Source of the DNA: Candidatus Poseidoniaceae archaeon
Lineage (GTDB): Archaea > Thermoplasmatota > Poseidoniia > Poseidoniales > Poseidoniaceae
NCBI GenBank assembly: GCA_938030705.1
Contig: CALHIR010000005.1
Coordinates: 23,231 to 87,230, forward strand
Length of the DNA: 64,000 nucleotides
Direction: 5' to 3'
Under the pieces are notes generated by a model. That model searched no databases. It was not told the origin of the DNA and saw only the letters and a list, made by a program, of their open reading frames with translations. Below are positions 17,922-28,109 of this stretch, one piece after another. The stretch's first letter is position 1, and each line of letters opens with the position of its first letter. Made by a program: the position numbers and the translations under genes.

Positions 17922-20918
17922 ATGCGCCGTGCCAAAATGCTCTGCATCGTCATGGCTCTTTCCTTATTTGCTGTTTCAAACGCATCGGCCTCGTCGGTCT
18001 CCACCGATTCCGAAGTCTCCCTTACAACGCTCACGCCACTTCTCTGCGCCCTCGTCATCGCCTTTTTCGTGCGTCGCTGGTTCATCCCTTCCCAATTAAA
18101 GAATTTGCAGGTGGCGTTTGAAATTGAAGATGACCTCTACGAAGTTCACAGAATCACTCGGACGTTGAGAGATTCACGTCGTCTTCTCAACTTTGGACGA
18201 GTAAGTTATGGCGTTTTACTGTACATGATGGGTTTGACGGGTGTCTTGATTCTTATCGCCGAACTCTTGTTCAACCCTGCTGTTTTTGCTAAATTCAATC
18301 TCTACATCATTGCAACGCTCATTTTGATTCCTGTGCTGATCTCTCCGTGGGAAACCCTCAACAGCCAACTTTCAGGAAAGAAACGGGAGGTGCGGTCATC
18401 GATCAGCGCTGACGTTATTCGACGTGTATTCACGCTTGCCCTTCTTCTGATCATCACCCTCTTGGTCCTGGCCTACGGCATCCAATTGAACGGTACGCTC
18501 ACGCCAACATGGATCGCCTTTGCCATGTTGACGTTCATGGCTCCAACGATTTTCGCGTACGGTCGAATCATGGGCGCCTCCTGGAACATGCTCCTCATTA
18601 ACAAATGGCGAACCACTCGAGGCCGGAAAAACCCAATTGATCCGGATAAAAATGGATTTATTGGGCGACTGTTTTCCTTCTTGTTGGTTCTGTTCCTTCT
18701 CACCATGCCCGTCACGGCTCTCAACGGGATCCTCACGGTGTTGTACGTGATGCTGAATACTCCACCCAATGCGGAAGAAGTGCTGAATTATGGTGGCATC
18801 ATTGGCTATTCCATCTTCGTACGCATTGACTTGATTTCTGAATTCCTCTTCCATTGGGAATTCATCAAGTCCTTGCCTCAATTTCTTTCGCTCTATCTGA
18901 CGCTCAACATCGCCATCGTTGGTTTGGCCTTCATTTTTGAATTGACTCGGAACTTGATTCTTGGAGGGCAATCCTTCGGTGGAATGTTCGGTGTTATTTT
19001 GGACACGCCTCGGGAAATACGCGCAGAAAAAGCGGCTCAGGCTCGTCAACTGACGTTTGCTTTCGCTGGTTTTTCGGGATACACCGTCCTCTTGCTAATC
19101 TTGGTTTGCTACAAAGAATTTGGCGGGCTCATGCCGTTCACATCCACCCTCGAAGCGAATGACTTTGATGAAGAGATGCGATTGCTGACGGTTTGGCTGT
19201 TTATCGCCGTGGGCCAACTTATCTTTTTGATGACCTGGCTTCTATCCATCAGCCGATTTGGACAACTGCGAAGTCTTCGGTTTGATTTGAATCCAGACGA
19301 ACGCCGAGAGGGTGCGGTTCGCCTTGAGGGTGGCGATAAACTCCAAACCTTGGTGGAAAACGCCGCCTATAACGAAGATTTGGACTTGCTCATCCGAATT
19401 CAAACACACGATTTCCCTGGCGATCAAGCGTTGATCCGGCAGGAGCAATCTCGCGCCGCGATGTGGGAAAAAGCCCTACGAGGATTGTGGCCTGAAGCGA
19501 TTGAAGCGAGTCGCAAACTCTTGGCACAAACGGGCGGCGATAACGATGAGGCACGAATGATCATCGCCACGGGCTTCATGGCGCTCCGCCGTCTTGATGC
19601 CGCACGTGAAGCGCTGCACGGACTCCAGCAACCGGAGGGATATGACGAGCCTGAAATTTTGTCATTCGTATGCGAATGGCTGGACCCTTGGAGAGGTTCG
19701 GTAACCGAAGACGACTTGTGGGACTGGGAAAATAACTCAACCATCGACTACCTGCAACTTTTGCTGAACATGATGCGGACATGGAAACCACAACCAACCG
19801 ACATGATGGTTCATAACGACAAAATTTCCCAAACCGGGCAACTCTCCATGGTCGCTTTGCTCCGAGCTCAACGTCAGTACGACGAAGCGCTGGAATTGTC
19901 CCTCTCTTTGGTCCGGAGCGATCCTACTGGTGTCCGACCACGACTTGCTGTGGCCTTGTGCCTTCTCGACACCGGCCAGTGGCACGATGCCAAAACCATC
20001 GTCGACGAACTCATCAAAAGCGACAGCAAGGATCCCAGAGTTTTGGCACTGGCCGTCATCTTCGGCTATGGAACCAAAGGTCGGGAAAATATGGAAGTTT
20101 CACTGATTCTTGACGACAGAAAGGAAACCAAAAAATGGATGGATGCTGCACCGGTGAACGCTTACGCTGCGCTCCTGCAAAAGGGCGGGCTGGATGAAGC
20201 GGTCAATGCCAACGTCATGATCGCCGCTCACGAAGCGACACGACGGGCGATGCCACCCCGGTTTTCTGCTGGTGTCTTCTCAAACATCATCCAATACCTT
20301 GTCCTGATACCTATGTGGTTCGTGCTGGGCATTCTCACCTTCCAAGAAGTCGGTCAAACCGAAGGTCTTTCCGTCATTGGAGGTCTGTTTTTCTTGCATT
20401 TCTCCTATCGCCGATTTATCCGCCAACAAGAGCACCAAATCAAACATCGGGACCAGCGTGGAATGATCAAATACGCACGAAGACTTCGCCGTTTTAAGGC
20501 CACTCCAGATTCTACCAATATCCCGATTGGGAACCATTTGCTCATGGGTGGAATACTGGTCACGGTCAACGGTGTTGTTCTCGACATTGGATTCCCTGCT
20601 TGGCTGTTTGAGCGGCTGCCGAAAGAGCCTGAAAAGAAAATTCGCCAACGACTTCGCCGACGTGCTGTGGCCGTTGAGAAGGGGCGTACGCCGAGAGTGA
20701 CGCCCTTGGGTAAGGCTTGGTGGTTGAAGCGACCGAAAGAGCACACAGAATCGGGTCCAATGTTGGAACGGAACATGGGTCCCGTCGCCTATCGTGGCCG
20801 GACCAATTACATCCAGAAGAAAGAGCCGCAATCGCTCAACGCCATCGCCCAAGGAAAGGATGTGAACGCTCAAAACCGTTTCATTCCAAGAAACACCATT
20901 CGTAGCGAACGCTCGTGA
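17922..20918 (+). CDS. Large polytopic membrane protein with a central TPR-like helical-repeat region
   Basis: N-terminal signal-like MLCIVMALSLFAVSNASA, then many hydrophobic spans in the first ~450 aa. A soluble helical-repeat region follows (…ALELSLSLVRSDPTGVRPRLAVALCLLDTGQWHDAKTIVDELIKSD…). Further TM spans and a basic tail come after it. Confidence 0.6.
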   Translation: MRRAKMLCIVMALSLFAVSNASASSVSTDSEVSLTTLTPLLCALVIAFFVRRWFIPSQLKNLQVAFEIEDDLYEVHRITRTLRDSRRLLNFGRVSYGVLLYMMGLTGVLILIAELLFNPAVFAKFNLYIIATLILIPVLISPWETLNSQLSGKKREVRSSISADVIRRVFTLALLLIITLLVLAYGIQLNGTLTPTWIAFAMLTFMAPTIFAYGRIMGASWNMLLINKWRTTRGRKNPIDPDKNGFIGRLFSFLLVLFLLTMPVTALNGILTVLYVMLNTPPNAEEVLNYGGIIGYSIFVRIDLISEFLFHWEFIKSLPQFLSLYLTLNIAIVGLAFIFELTRNLILGGQSFGGMFGVILDTPREIRAEKAAQARQLTFAFAGFSGYTVLLLILVCYKEFGGLMPFTSTLEANDFDEEMRLLTVWLFIAVGQLIFLMTWLLSISRFGQLRSLRFDLNPDERREGAVRLEGGDKLQTLVENAAYNEDLDLLIRIQTHDFPGDQALIRQEQSRAAMWEKALRGLWPEAIEASRKLLAQTGGDNDEARMIIATGFMALRRLDAAREALHGLQQPEGYDEPEILSFVCEWLDPWRGSVTEDDLWDWENNSTIDYLQLLLNMMRTWKPQPTDMMVHNDKISQTGQLSMVALLRAQRQYDEALELSLSLVRSDPTGVRPRLAVALCLLDTGQWHDAKTIVDELIKSDSKDPRVLALAVIFGYGTKGRENMEVSLILDDRKETKKWMDAAPVNAYAALLQKGGLDEAVNANVMIAAHEATRRAMPPRFSAGVFSNIIQYLVLIPMWFVLGILTFQEVGQTEGLSVIGGLFFLHFSYRRFIRQQEHQIKHRDQRGMIKYARRLRRFKATPDSTNIPIGNHLLMGGILVTVNGVVLDIGFPAWLFERLPKEPEKKIRQRLRRRAVAVEKGRTPRVTPLGKAWWLKRPKEHTESGPMLERNMGPVAYRGRTNYIQKKEPQSLNAIAQGKDVNAQNRFIPRNTIRSERS

Positions 20919-20976
20919 AGTTGGTGTCTAAATCCTCCGGACGAGGGTTCAAGGACTGTCCACGCAACGTACCTTC

Positions 20977-22290
20977 ATGACTCAGGTCTCAGGTGGCTGG
21001 GGTGCTTCAGAGGAAAATCTGCAACTCGCAGAAGACATTCTTGCTGCTGTCCGTTCAAGTGGTGCTTTGTATCGAAACGGCTTGGGCATGATCGCATCCG
21101 AAAACATCATTTCGCCTGCCGTCCGGGACATTGTAGGGAGCGATCTTCACGGTCGGTATGCGGAAGGCCTTCCCGGAAAACGTTACTACCAAGGGTGTGA
21201 GGACTTCGACACCATTGAAGCACTGGGAATTGAACTTGCGCAGGAGGTTTTCCAAGCACCATTTGCCAATATCCAATCAACCTCTGGAACGGTCTCCAAT
21301 ATTGGTGCACTCAAAGCCTTGGCTCAACCCGGGGACGCCATAACGGCCGTCTCGACTGCTGATGGAGGGCACATTTCCCACGCCAGAATGGGCGCTGTCG
21401 GCTTGCGAGATCTCAACCTGACCACGTACCCATGGGACGAAGAACGGATGGAACCGGACATTGATGCTGCTTGCAAAACCATTCGTGAAGTCCAACCCAA
21501 AGTGGCGCTATTTGGCCAATCCGTGTTTCTCTTTCCCACGCCCTTGCGAGAAATGGCCGATGCAGCGAAGGAAGTTGGGGCCGCTGTTATGTACGACGGG
21601 GCGCACGTTTTGGGTTTGATTGCTGGTGGCCAATTTCAAGACCCACTCCGAGAAGGAGCCGACTTGATGACGGGCTCAAGCCACAAAACATTCCCGGGGC
21701 CTCAAGGTGGTTTTTTGTTGTCCTCTTCAGAGGATACCTCCTTTCAACGTCGTCTCAACACGGCGATGTTCCCTGGTGTTTGTTCTTCCTATCACCTGCA
21801 CCACGTCGCAGGAAAGGTCATGGCTTTAGCGGAATTCAAAGAATACGGCGAGGCCTATGCACGGGATACAGTGGCCAATGCTCAAGCCTTCGCTGCCGCT
21901 TTGGCCAGCGAGGGCTTTGATGTGTTAGCGGAAAGCCGAGGCTATACAGCATCTCATCAGGTCTTGACACGTCATGGGGCCCTCGATTCAGGTGCCGGGG
22001 CAAAAGCGGCCCAACTTCTCGAGGACGCCGGCATCATCACCAACATGAACATGCTTCCCGGCGATACCAAAGCCCTCGCTCCGTCGGGGCTACGGCTGGG
22101 TGTTCAGGAATTGACTCGCGTTGGATTTTCACCCCAAGATATGGAAGAGGTAGCACGCATGTATGCTCGCGTGTTGTTGCACCACGAGGACCCCGCCGTC
22201 GTCCGTAAAGATGTTCAATCCCTCAAGGCGAACCACCAAACCATTCGTTACTGCTTTAACGAGGATGAACGGTCTGGTTATCCTGAATAG
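20977..22290 (+). CDS. glyA: Serine hydroxymethyltransferase
   Basis: LGMIASENIISPAV, RYYQGCE, and TGSSHKTFPGPQGG (PLP-binding Lys). Confidence 0.9.
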   Translation: MTQVSGGWGASEENLQLAEDILAAVRSSGALYRNGLGMIASENIISPAVRDIVGSDLHGRYAEGLPGKRYYQGCEDFDTIEALGIELAQEVFQAPFANIQSTSGTVSNIGALKALAQPGDAITAVSTADGGHISHARMGAVGLRDLNLTTYPWDEERMEPDIDAACKTIREVQPKVALFGQSVFLFPTPLREMADAAKEVGAAVMYDGAHVLGLIAGGQFQDPLREGADLMTGSSHKTFPGPQGGFLLSSSEDTSFQRRLNTAMFPGVCSSYHLHHVAGKVMALAEFKEYGEAYARDTVANAQAFAAALASEGFDVLAESRGYTASHQVLTRHGALDSGAGAKAAQLLEDAGIITNMNMLPGDTKALAPSGLRLGVQELTRVGFSPQDMEEVARMYARVLLHHEDPAVVRKDVQSLKANHQTIRYCFNEDERSGYPE

Positions 22291-22302
22291 GTTGGGACAG
22301 CG

Positions 22303-23334
22303 ATGGATGAGTCCTCACCCTCGGGCGTTTCGTTCTTTACCTTCGGTGATGACGGTTTTTTCCACGATCCCTTCGGTGAACCATGTGTGTTGATCGGTAC
22401 GGTTGAGTTTTCCACCTTTTGTCATCAACTGGACGCTTCGTTTGAGTCGCCTTTGGGCCGGAAATTGATTTACGCAGCAACGGACGCCGAAGAACGGCTC
22501 CTCTCCGGCCACCCAAGCGTCCAATTCGGACGCTGGTTTGGCAAATCTAAGGCCAAAAACAGGCTCCGCCAACGAGCGATTGAGATGGGGTGGGGTGGAT
22601 TGGAAGATGACCACATCATCTCCCCAGCGCACGACGCAATGACCGTTGGTTTCTCTTTGGCTCATCACGAACATCTGGACGGCCAACGTGCCCATGTGGA
22701 ATGGAATCAATCCAGTGCAGACTTCATTCGGCTCCGATTTTCCTCCAAGGGCGAAACGATAACACCGGCCCCTGCCCCTCACCGTCTTCCTTGGTTTGGT
22801 GCCGACCATGACGGAGGCGCATCCGGCCATCTTGATGTAGACCTTGACAGCCGAGCCATGGGTTTTTTCAAAGGAGAAGAGCGTTCATTTTTCCTCTCAA
22901 CCCAGGTTTTTTGGCACCTTTTTGGCTCGCTGCTGGGCCGGCCGCTCTCGAATGACTTTACCTCCCAATTTCATCTCAAGATCGATGAAAATTTCGAACA
23001 TCCCAACGCCTTTCACGCCGTGGTTCACAGTGCGTGTTTGGCATTTGAAGCGAATCAACGGCCGGTTTATGTTCAATCACCCACCGATTGGGATGGCCAT
23101 TTTCATGAACGAATTACGGAACGAGGCTTTGGCATCGTACGGGTTGAGCAAAGTATCCTCGCTGGTGAAGAGGCCTCCATTTTTTCTATCAAATCGCCGG
23201 TTGCACCGGTGGCCGTTGGTCTGCTTGTTGGCATGTGGCAGCGAGCTCATGGCGCGGTCGCCGATGTCAGGGTAGAGGGTGCCGTCAATACCGTTCGTGT
23301 TTATCTCTCGTTTCGTCGTGTAGATTACGTCTAA
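22303..23334 (+). CDS. Hypothetical soluble protein (343 aa)
   Basis: Uninterrupted ORF starting 12 nt after the glyA stop on the same strand. No hydrophobic spans and no recognisable motif. Confidence 0.45.
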   Translation: MDESSPSGVSFFTFGDDGFFHDPFGEPCVLIGTVEFSTFCHQLDASFESPLGRKLIYAATDAEERLLSGHPSVQFGRWFGKSKAKNRLRQRAIEMGWGGLEDDHIISPAHDAMTVGFSLAHHEHLDGQRAHVEWNQSSADFIRLRFSSKGETITPAPAPHRLPWFGADHDGGASGHLDVDLDSRAMGFFKGEERSFFLSTQVFWHLFGSLLGRPLSNDFTSQFHLKIDENFEHPNAFHAVVHSACLAFEANQRPVYVQSPTDWDGHFHERITERGFGIVRVEQSILAGEEASIFSIKSPVAPVAVGLLVGMWQRAHGAVADVRVEGAVNTVRVYLSFRRVDYV

Positions 23335-23448
23335 ATTTCGTATCAAAATAGAGGTTCATGCCTCGGTTTATCGCTGCTCAATTGTGGTCAAGGTTCATAA
23401 CCGAATCAACGCCTCGGTTGGGTTGCACAGCCGTGCCGGGTGTAACAT

Positions 23449-26400
23449 ATGAGTCTAAACCACAACCAAATGGCGTACGTTGCCATCGTTTCGACATTGA
23501 TTTTCGGCTCCCTTTTTGTGGGTGTTTCTGGTTTCTTCCAAACCAGTGAAGACATCGGTGGTTTCGAAAGCGCCGTGGAAGAAGACATCCGTGGTGAATC
23601 CGAATTGATGGCAGCGGCCCTCGATTCTGACGGGGACGGCCTCTCGGACAAACTCGAAGAAACCCAATACGGTACGGACATCAATGACCCGGATACCGAT
23701 AATGATGGTATGAGCGATGGTTGGGAAGTTCAACACGGGCTGAACCCACTGGACAACGGTGAATCCGAAGACTTGGAAATAGATCCAACGCAGAATCAGG
23801 ATTCCAGTGATGCTCAAGTTGAGAACGAAACTGATTCCTGGCCAGACCCCAGCCAAGGGCCAACAGGCGACCCTGACCGAGACGGCCTGACAAATCAAGC
23901 CGAACAGGAACTCGGAACAGACCCTCAACGGGCAGACACCGATAACGACGGCCTCAATGACCGCTGGGAGTCTCAATACACAACGAGTGTTCAAACGCCC
24001 GGTGGTGAAGTGATTTTGTTCAATCCGCTTGACGGGAATTGGGATTGTCTCCTCCTCGACCAAGCGATGGTCGACGCGCTTGAAACTCGTTTCAACGGAG
24101 AAAACGGCATGGCTGAATGGGACGATCTCGCCTCAAACGGTCGTCATTCATGCGACATGGTGCTTGACACCGATGATGACGGTCTGGCGAACTTCGAAGA
24201 GGAAGCCTTCGGCACCAACCCCACCGCACGGGACTCCGACATGGATCTCATCGACGACATCGTAGAGGTAGCCAACGAAACAATCGCCCTTTACACCGGC
24301 CTTGGCGAGACGTGCAATGAACCTCTTCTGAACCCATCACCCCATATCGGTCCATTCTTCGGCGTGGAGCGAAACTGGTTCATGATGGACATGGATGGCG
24401 ACGGTCTCCTGAACGGCCCCTCTGATTGGGACACGGACGGTGATGGTATGCCAGACGGATTCGAGTTCTGTTATTCTGATGCCTCCATGGCACCGAGCGC
24501 AGCCTATGTCCTCAATCCAGCGAATGCTTCCGACGGCTACGGCGACTGGGACGAAGATGGAATGAACAACTTGGAAGAATACCAAGTTGCGCAAATTTTT
24601 GGCGAGGGCAACTTCACCTCTCCATGGCTCGAAGATACCGATGAGGATGAAATGCCAGACCAGTGGGAAGCTGCGAACGGTCTTCACCCTCGCTCGGCCC
24701 TTAACAGAGACCAAGACCCGGACATGGACGGCTACGACCTGGACGCTGACGGCGACGTCATGTACAGTGATTTGGAGAATACGGCCATTGTCCACACGGT
24801 CGATGTGGTCTTGGGGCAGCAGGTGTCTGCCAACCAGCAGGTCGCCTCTGCCCGTATCACGCTGGCGGGTGGCAATCAACAAGTGATCCCCATGCGAGCA
24901 CCTGTTGATGGGTATGTCTACCAACTCAACGTGGCCCTTGGCCAAAGCGTTGAATCCCGTTTGTTCAGTTGGATGAACATTGTTGAGGAAGAGGAACGCT
25001 TTACCAACGTGATGGAATACAAAGCCAACGATCGTGACCAAGATGGTATTTTGGACGGTCGAAGCACCAACCCACTCAACGCTGACACAGACTCAGACGG
25101 CCTTATCGACGGTATCGAAGTCATGGGTTGGGAAATTTTGGTTGTCAACCGCGGTGTCCAGCCTACTTGGGTCACCTCTGACCCCGGTCTGTACGATACC
25201 GATGCAGACGGCCTGTCGGACTACGATGAATTCTCTTCAACCTGCAACCTTGGGGGCTCAAACGCCTCCAACCCCGACACCGACTCGGACGGTCTGACCG
25301 ACCTCGAGGAAGCCGGTGACAACTTCATGTGGGAAGGAGAGTCCTACTCCACCAGCCCGTGCATGTTCGATACCGATAACGACGGCCTGGAAGATGGTGA
25401 AGAAGTCGTTGCAGGTGCGGACAACTTCCTCACCCACGCCAACAACTCCGACACCGATGGCGATGGTCTTATCGATGGCCAAGAAGTTCTCTTCGTTCCA
25501 CGACCGTTCCAGAATCCCACCAATCCACTTCTCAACGACACGGATGCCGATGGCATGTTGGACGGTTGGGAAATGCAAGTGAAATCAGCTGAAGATAACA
25601 CCAATTCTCACAGTCTGTGGGTGGCGACCTCAAACTGGGAACGCCCCGGATGTGAGTCAACCCAAACGAGTTCTTGTACCATGGAGCCCGGTGGTTATGT
25701 TTGGCAGAATTGGCTCGGTGGATTCGCCTTGGAACCAAAATTCCAAGTCAGTGAAATGAATCTGACCGGTTTCCAAATGCCCTCAAACAGTCTGTGTGAT
25801 GGCTGTAATGGACGCTGGGCTTTGGACCCGTCATTGAGTTCCCTCAAGGACGATACGTTTGACATTGACAACGACACGCTCGCTAACGGAATGGAAGCCC
25901 CGGATCGCTGGAACACGAACCCGGTGGACGATGACACCGATGGCGACCTTCTCCCGGATGGTTGGGAAGTCTACTATTCCCAACTTGCCTTTGAAAATGG
26001 CCTGGCAGATAACGAAACGGTTGGCGTGTATGGTGCCCGTGGTGTGATGGACCCGTCAATGCCTGACAGTGATTTGGACGGCATTGAAGACGGTTACGAA
26101 GACCCCGATAAGGACGGCCTTAACCGGAGTGGCCTCATCAAGCGATATTGCCCCGGCTACAACGATTCCACCAACTCGGAGTGTAACATTGACCCCGATA
26201 CGCCCGATGGACAGCGTTTCTACGACAACCTTGAGAATTACACCAATTACGAGGAAATGATTAACGGAACCAATCCCATTACCAACGATACCGATGGTGA
26301 TGACTGGAACGACGGTCCTGAAGTGTACTATCAAGACCATGACGACGACGGCATGGCGACAGGATGGGAATACCACTTCCAATTTGATCCGTTTGATGGT

Positions 26401-26529
26401 GCCGATCGTATGGTCGACACCGATGGAGATGGATTCGTGAATTTCTGCGAGTATAAATGGGACACCAACCCAAGAAACCCCCTCTCTTACCCTGGTCAAG
26501 GTGAATTGTGCGACCCGTTCAGTGATTGA
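23449..26529 (+). CDS. Giant secreted/anchored protein of thrombospondin type-3-like calcium-binding repeats
   Basis: N-terminal hydrophobic anchor (YVAIVSTLIFGSLFVGVSGFF). Dozens of DxDxDGxxDxxE units follow (DSDGDGLSDKLE, DTDNDGMSDGWE, DPDRDGLTNQAE, DTDADGLSDYDE, DTDSDGLTDLEE and more). Confidence 0.75.
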   Translation: MSLNHNQMAYVAIVSTLIFGSLFVGVSGFFQTSEDIGGFESAVEEDIRGESELMAAALDSDGDGLSDKLEETQYGTDINDPDTDNDGMSDGWEVQHGLNPLDNGESEDLEIDPTQNQDSSDAQVENETDSWPDPSQGPTGDPDRDGLTNQAEQELGTDPQRADTDNDGLNDRWESQYTTSVQTPGGEVILFNPLDGNWDCLLLDQAMVDALETRFNGENGMAEWDDLASNGRHSCDMVLDTDDDGLANFEEEAFGTNPTARDSDMDLIDDIVEVANETIALYTGLGETCNEPLLNPSPHIGPFFGVERNWFMMDMDGDGLLNGPSDWDTDGDGMPDGFEFCYSDASMAPSAAYVLNPANASDGYGDWDEDGMNNLEEYQVAQIFGEGNFTSPWLEDTDEDEMPDQWEAANGLHPRSALNRDQDPDMDGYDLDADGDVMYSDLENTAIVHTVDVVLGQQVSANQQVASARITLAGGNQQVIPMRAPVDGYVYQLNVALGQSVESRLFSWMNIVEEEERFTNVMEYKANDRDQDGILDGRSTNPLNADTDSDGLIDGIEVMGWEILVVNRGVQPTWVTSDPGLYDTDADGLSDYDEFSSTCNLGGSNASNPDTDSDGLTDLEEAGDNFMWEGESYSTSPCMFDTDNDGLEDGEEVVAGADNFLTHANNSDTDGDGLIDGQEVLFVPRPFQNPTNPLLNDTDADGMLDGWEMQVKSAEDNTNSHSLWVATSNWERPGCESTQTSSCTMEPGGYVWQNWLGGFALEPKFQVSEMNLTGFQMPSNSLCDGCNGRWALDPSLSSLKDDTFDIDNDTLANGMEAPDRWNTNPVDDDTDGDLLPDGWEVYYSQLAFENGLADNETVGVYGARGVMDPSMPDSDLDGIEDGYEDPDKDGLNRSGLIKRYCPGYNDSTNSECNIDPDTPDGQRFYDNLENYTNYEEMINGTNPITNDTDGDDWNDGPEVYYQDHDDDGMATGWEYHFQFDPFDGADRMVDTDGDGFVNFCEYKWDTNPRNPLSYPGQGELCDPFSD

Positions 26530-28106
26530 TGACAATGGCGACCATAGAACTCAACAAAAAAGGGGTCACCTACCTCATGGTAGGTCTCGTCTTGTTGAGT
26601 CTTGCAACGGTCAGTGTTCAGGCTGCTCATCCGCCAAAAGCCAACAGTAAGGACCCCATTGTCTTTGATTTGACAGATGGTCAATTGTTTTTGGACACCG
26701 TTAACCTGAGCGGTACATCGACCTCACCGCTAAGAAACGCGAGTTGGTCCATCGTCAACATTTCAGGAAGAACACCAACGACGCTTTTGAGTGGACCATT
26801 TCTTACTTCTGTCCAACCGGTTTCAGACGATTTATTTTCGTGGAATTTGATTGTTGATGTCCCTGATATTGACTGCACTTGTTTTGTAGAAATCAGCGTT
26901 GACGACGCTTCTATCCGGCCTGCAACTTCCCGCCTCATCGTCTTCCTCGGAGAACACCACCACCGTCCGGTCTTTCCCCATGAAGTGGATTCCATGACAG
27001 CACAAATGGCTTCAGGTCAACCTGAAGGTTCAAGCCACGCGATGCTCCTTTCATCGGACCTGAATCTGACCTATCCGGTTGTTGCTGCACCCGTCAGTGG
27101 TGCTATCGTGAGTGTCTCTGCGCTTGTCTGCCCTGCACCGAACGGCGTGTGTACCTCCACGCCGGTGAACGTTGATGTCCCGTTTACCATTGAAAATAAT
27201 CTTCTAACATTGGCCATCGATGCTGGGGCCCTTGAGTTAGACCAAGGCCTCTGGCAGTTTGACTTCACTGCAAAAGATGCTCTCCTTCGCACGACGGGAA
27301 TCACACGGGCCGTCCTTCTCCACGACACGCAACCACCGGTCATCGAACTCGATCTCGAAACGACGGTCAATGAAAGCGAACCGCTTCACATCTATGCGAC
27401 CCTTCACGATGGTTATCTCGGCGCCATGTACACCATGAACTGGTATATCGAACACGAAAATGGGGACCGCCGTGCACCCTCCGTCGATGAGTTGGTCAGC
27501 GAAGACCATCTCTTGATAAATTTGACAGACCAAGGCGTATACACCCTGCAACTTTCCGTCCGGGATCGTGCAGGATACACGGCACAGGCTTCCGAAACCA
27601 TCACGGTGTTGAACCTCCGCCCGACAGCTCGCATCAGTCTCGACGGGTTGGTCACCAATGAGATGGGTCGTTTGTCGGTTGATGCAGAATCTGGGTGGGA
27701 ATTGAACGCCAGTCAGAGCTATGATAACGAAGTGGTGGACTATCTCTGGGTCATCGACGATGACCGTTCTGTGCGGGGCACGCCTACGCTGGCCTCGGAC
27801 CAGCTCTCACAACCGGGTGTTTATCGCATCGAATTGATTGTTTTCGATGATGATGGTGCAACCCACTCGACCGTTGTGGAACTCGAAATTCTCGGAATGG
27901 AAAACATGGATGAACAAACAGTGCCCCTTTTCACGGTACTTTTCCTCCTGGGTGTCGTTGCCTTCGTTTTGGTCATTCGATTCAAGTCTCCCCCTCCCAT
28001 CGACCTGCCGAAATGGAGTCGTTCCGATGTCCCAAATGAAGGAGAAACTACGACCTCAACTCGCCGCTTGGATGCAACGGTTGAAGAAGACGAACCCCGA
28101 GGATGA
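26529..28106 (+). CDS. Membrane-anchored extracellular protein with PKD-like Ig domains
   Basis: The start overlaps the upstream stop (TGATG). N-terminal signal/anchor present. PKD-like strands YTLQLSVRDRAGYTAQASETITVLN and YRIELIVFDDDGATHSTVVELEI. C-terminal TM VPLFTVLFLLGVVAFVLVI. Confidence 0.65.
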   Translation: MTMATIELNKKGVTYLMVGLVLLSLATVSVQAAHPPKANSKDPIVFDLTDGQLFLDTVNLSGTSTSPLRNASWSIVNISGRTPTTLLSGPFLTSVQPVSDDLFSWNLIVDVPDIDCTCFVEISVDDASIRPATSRLIVFLGEHHHRPVFPHEVDSMTAQMASGQPEGSSHAMLLSSDLNLTYPVVAAPVSGAIVSVSALVCPAPNGVCTSTPVNVDVPFTIENNLLTLAIDAGALELDQGLWQFDFTAKDALLRTTGITRAVLLHDTQPPVIELDLETTVNESEPLHIYATLHDGYLGAMYTMNWYIEHENGDRRAPSVDELVSEDHLLINLTDQGVYTLQLSVRDRAGYTAQASETITVLNLRPTARISLDGLVTNEMGRLSVDAESGWELNASQSYDNEVVDYLWVIDDDRSVRGTPTLASDQLSQPGVYRIELIVFDDDGATHSTVVELEILGMENMDEQTVPLFTVLFLLGVVAFVLVIRFKSPPPIDLPKWSRSDVPNEGETTTSTRRLDATVEEDEPRG

Positions 28107-28109
28107 ATC

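Noticed and set aside
23455-25604. Several long antisense and off-frame ORFs (202 aa, 234 aa and others) inside the TSP3-repeat gene, and similar ones at 32093-33579 opposite the PNGase F-like gene
   Set aside because: Repetitive GAC/GAT/GGC-rich coding sequence lacks stop codons on the complementary strand. The products are low-complexity (V/I/H-rich) and have no signals.
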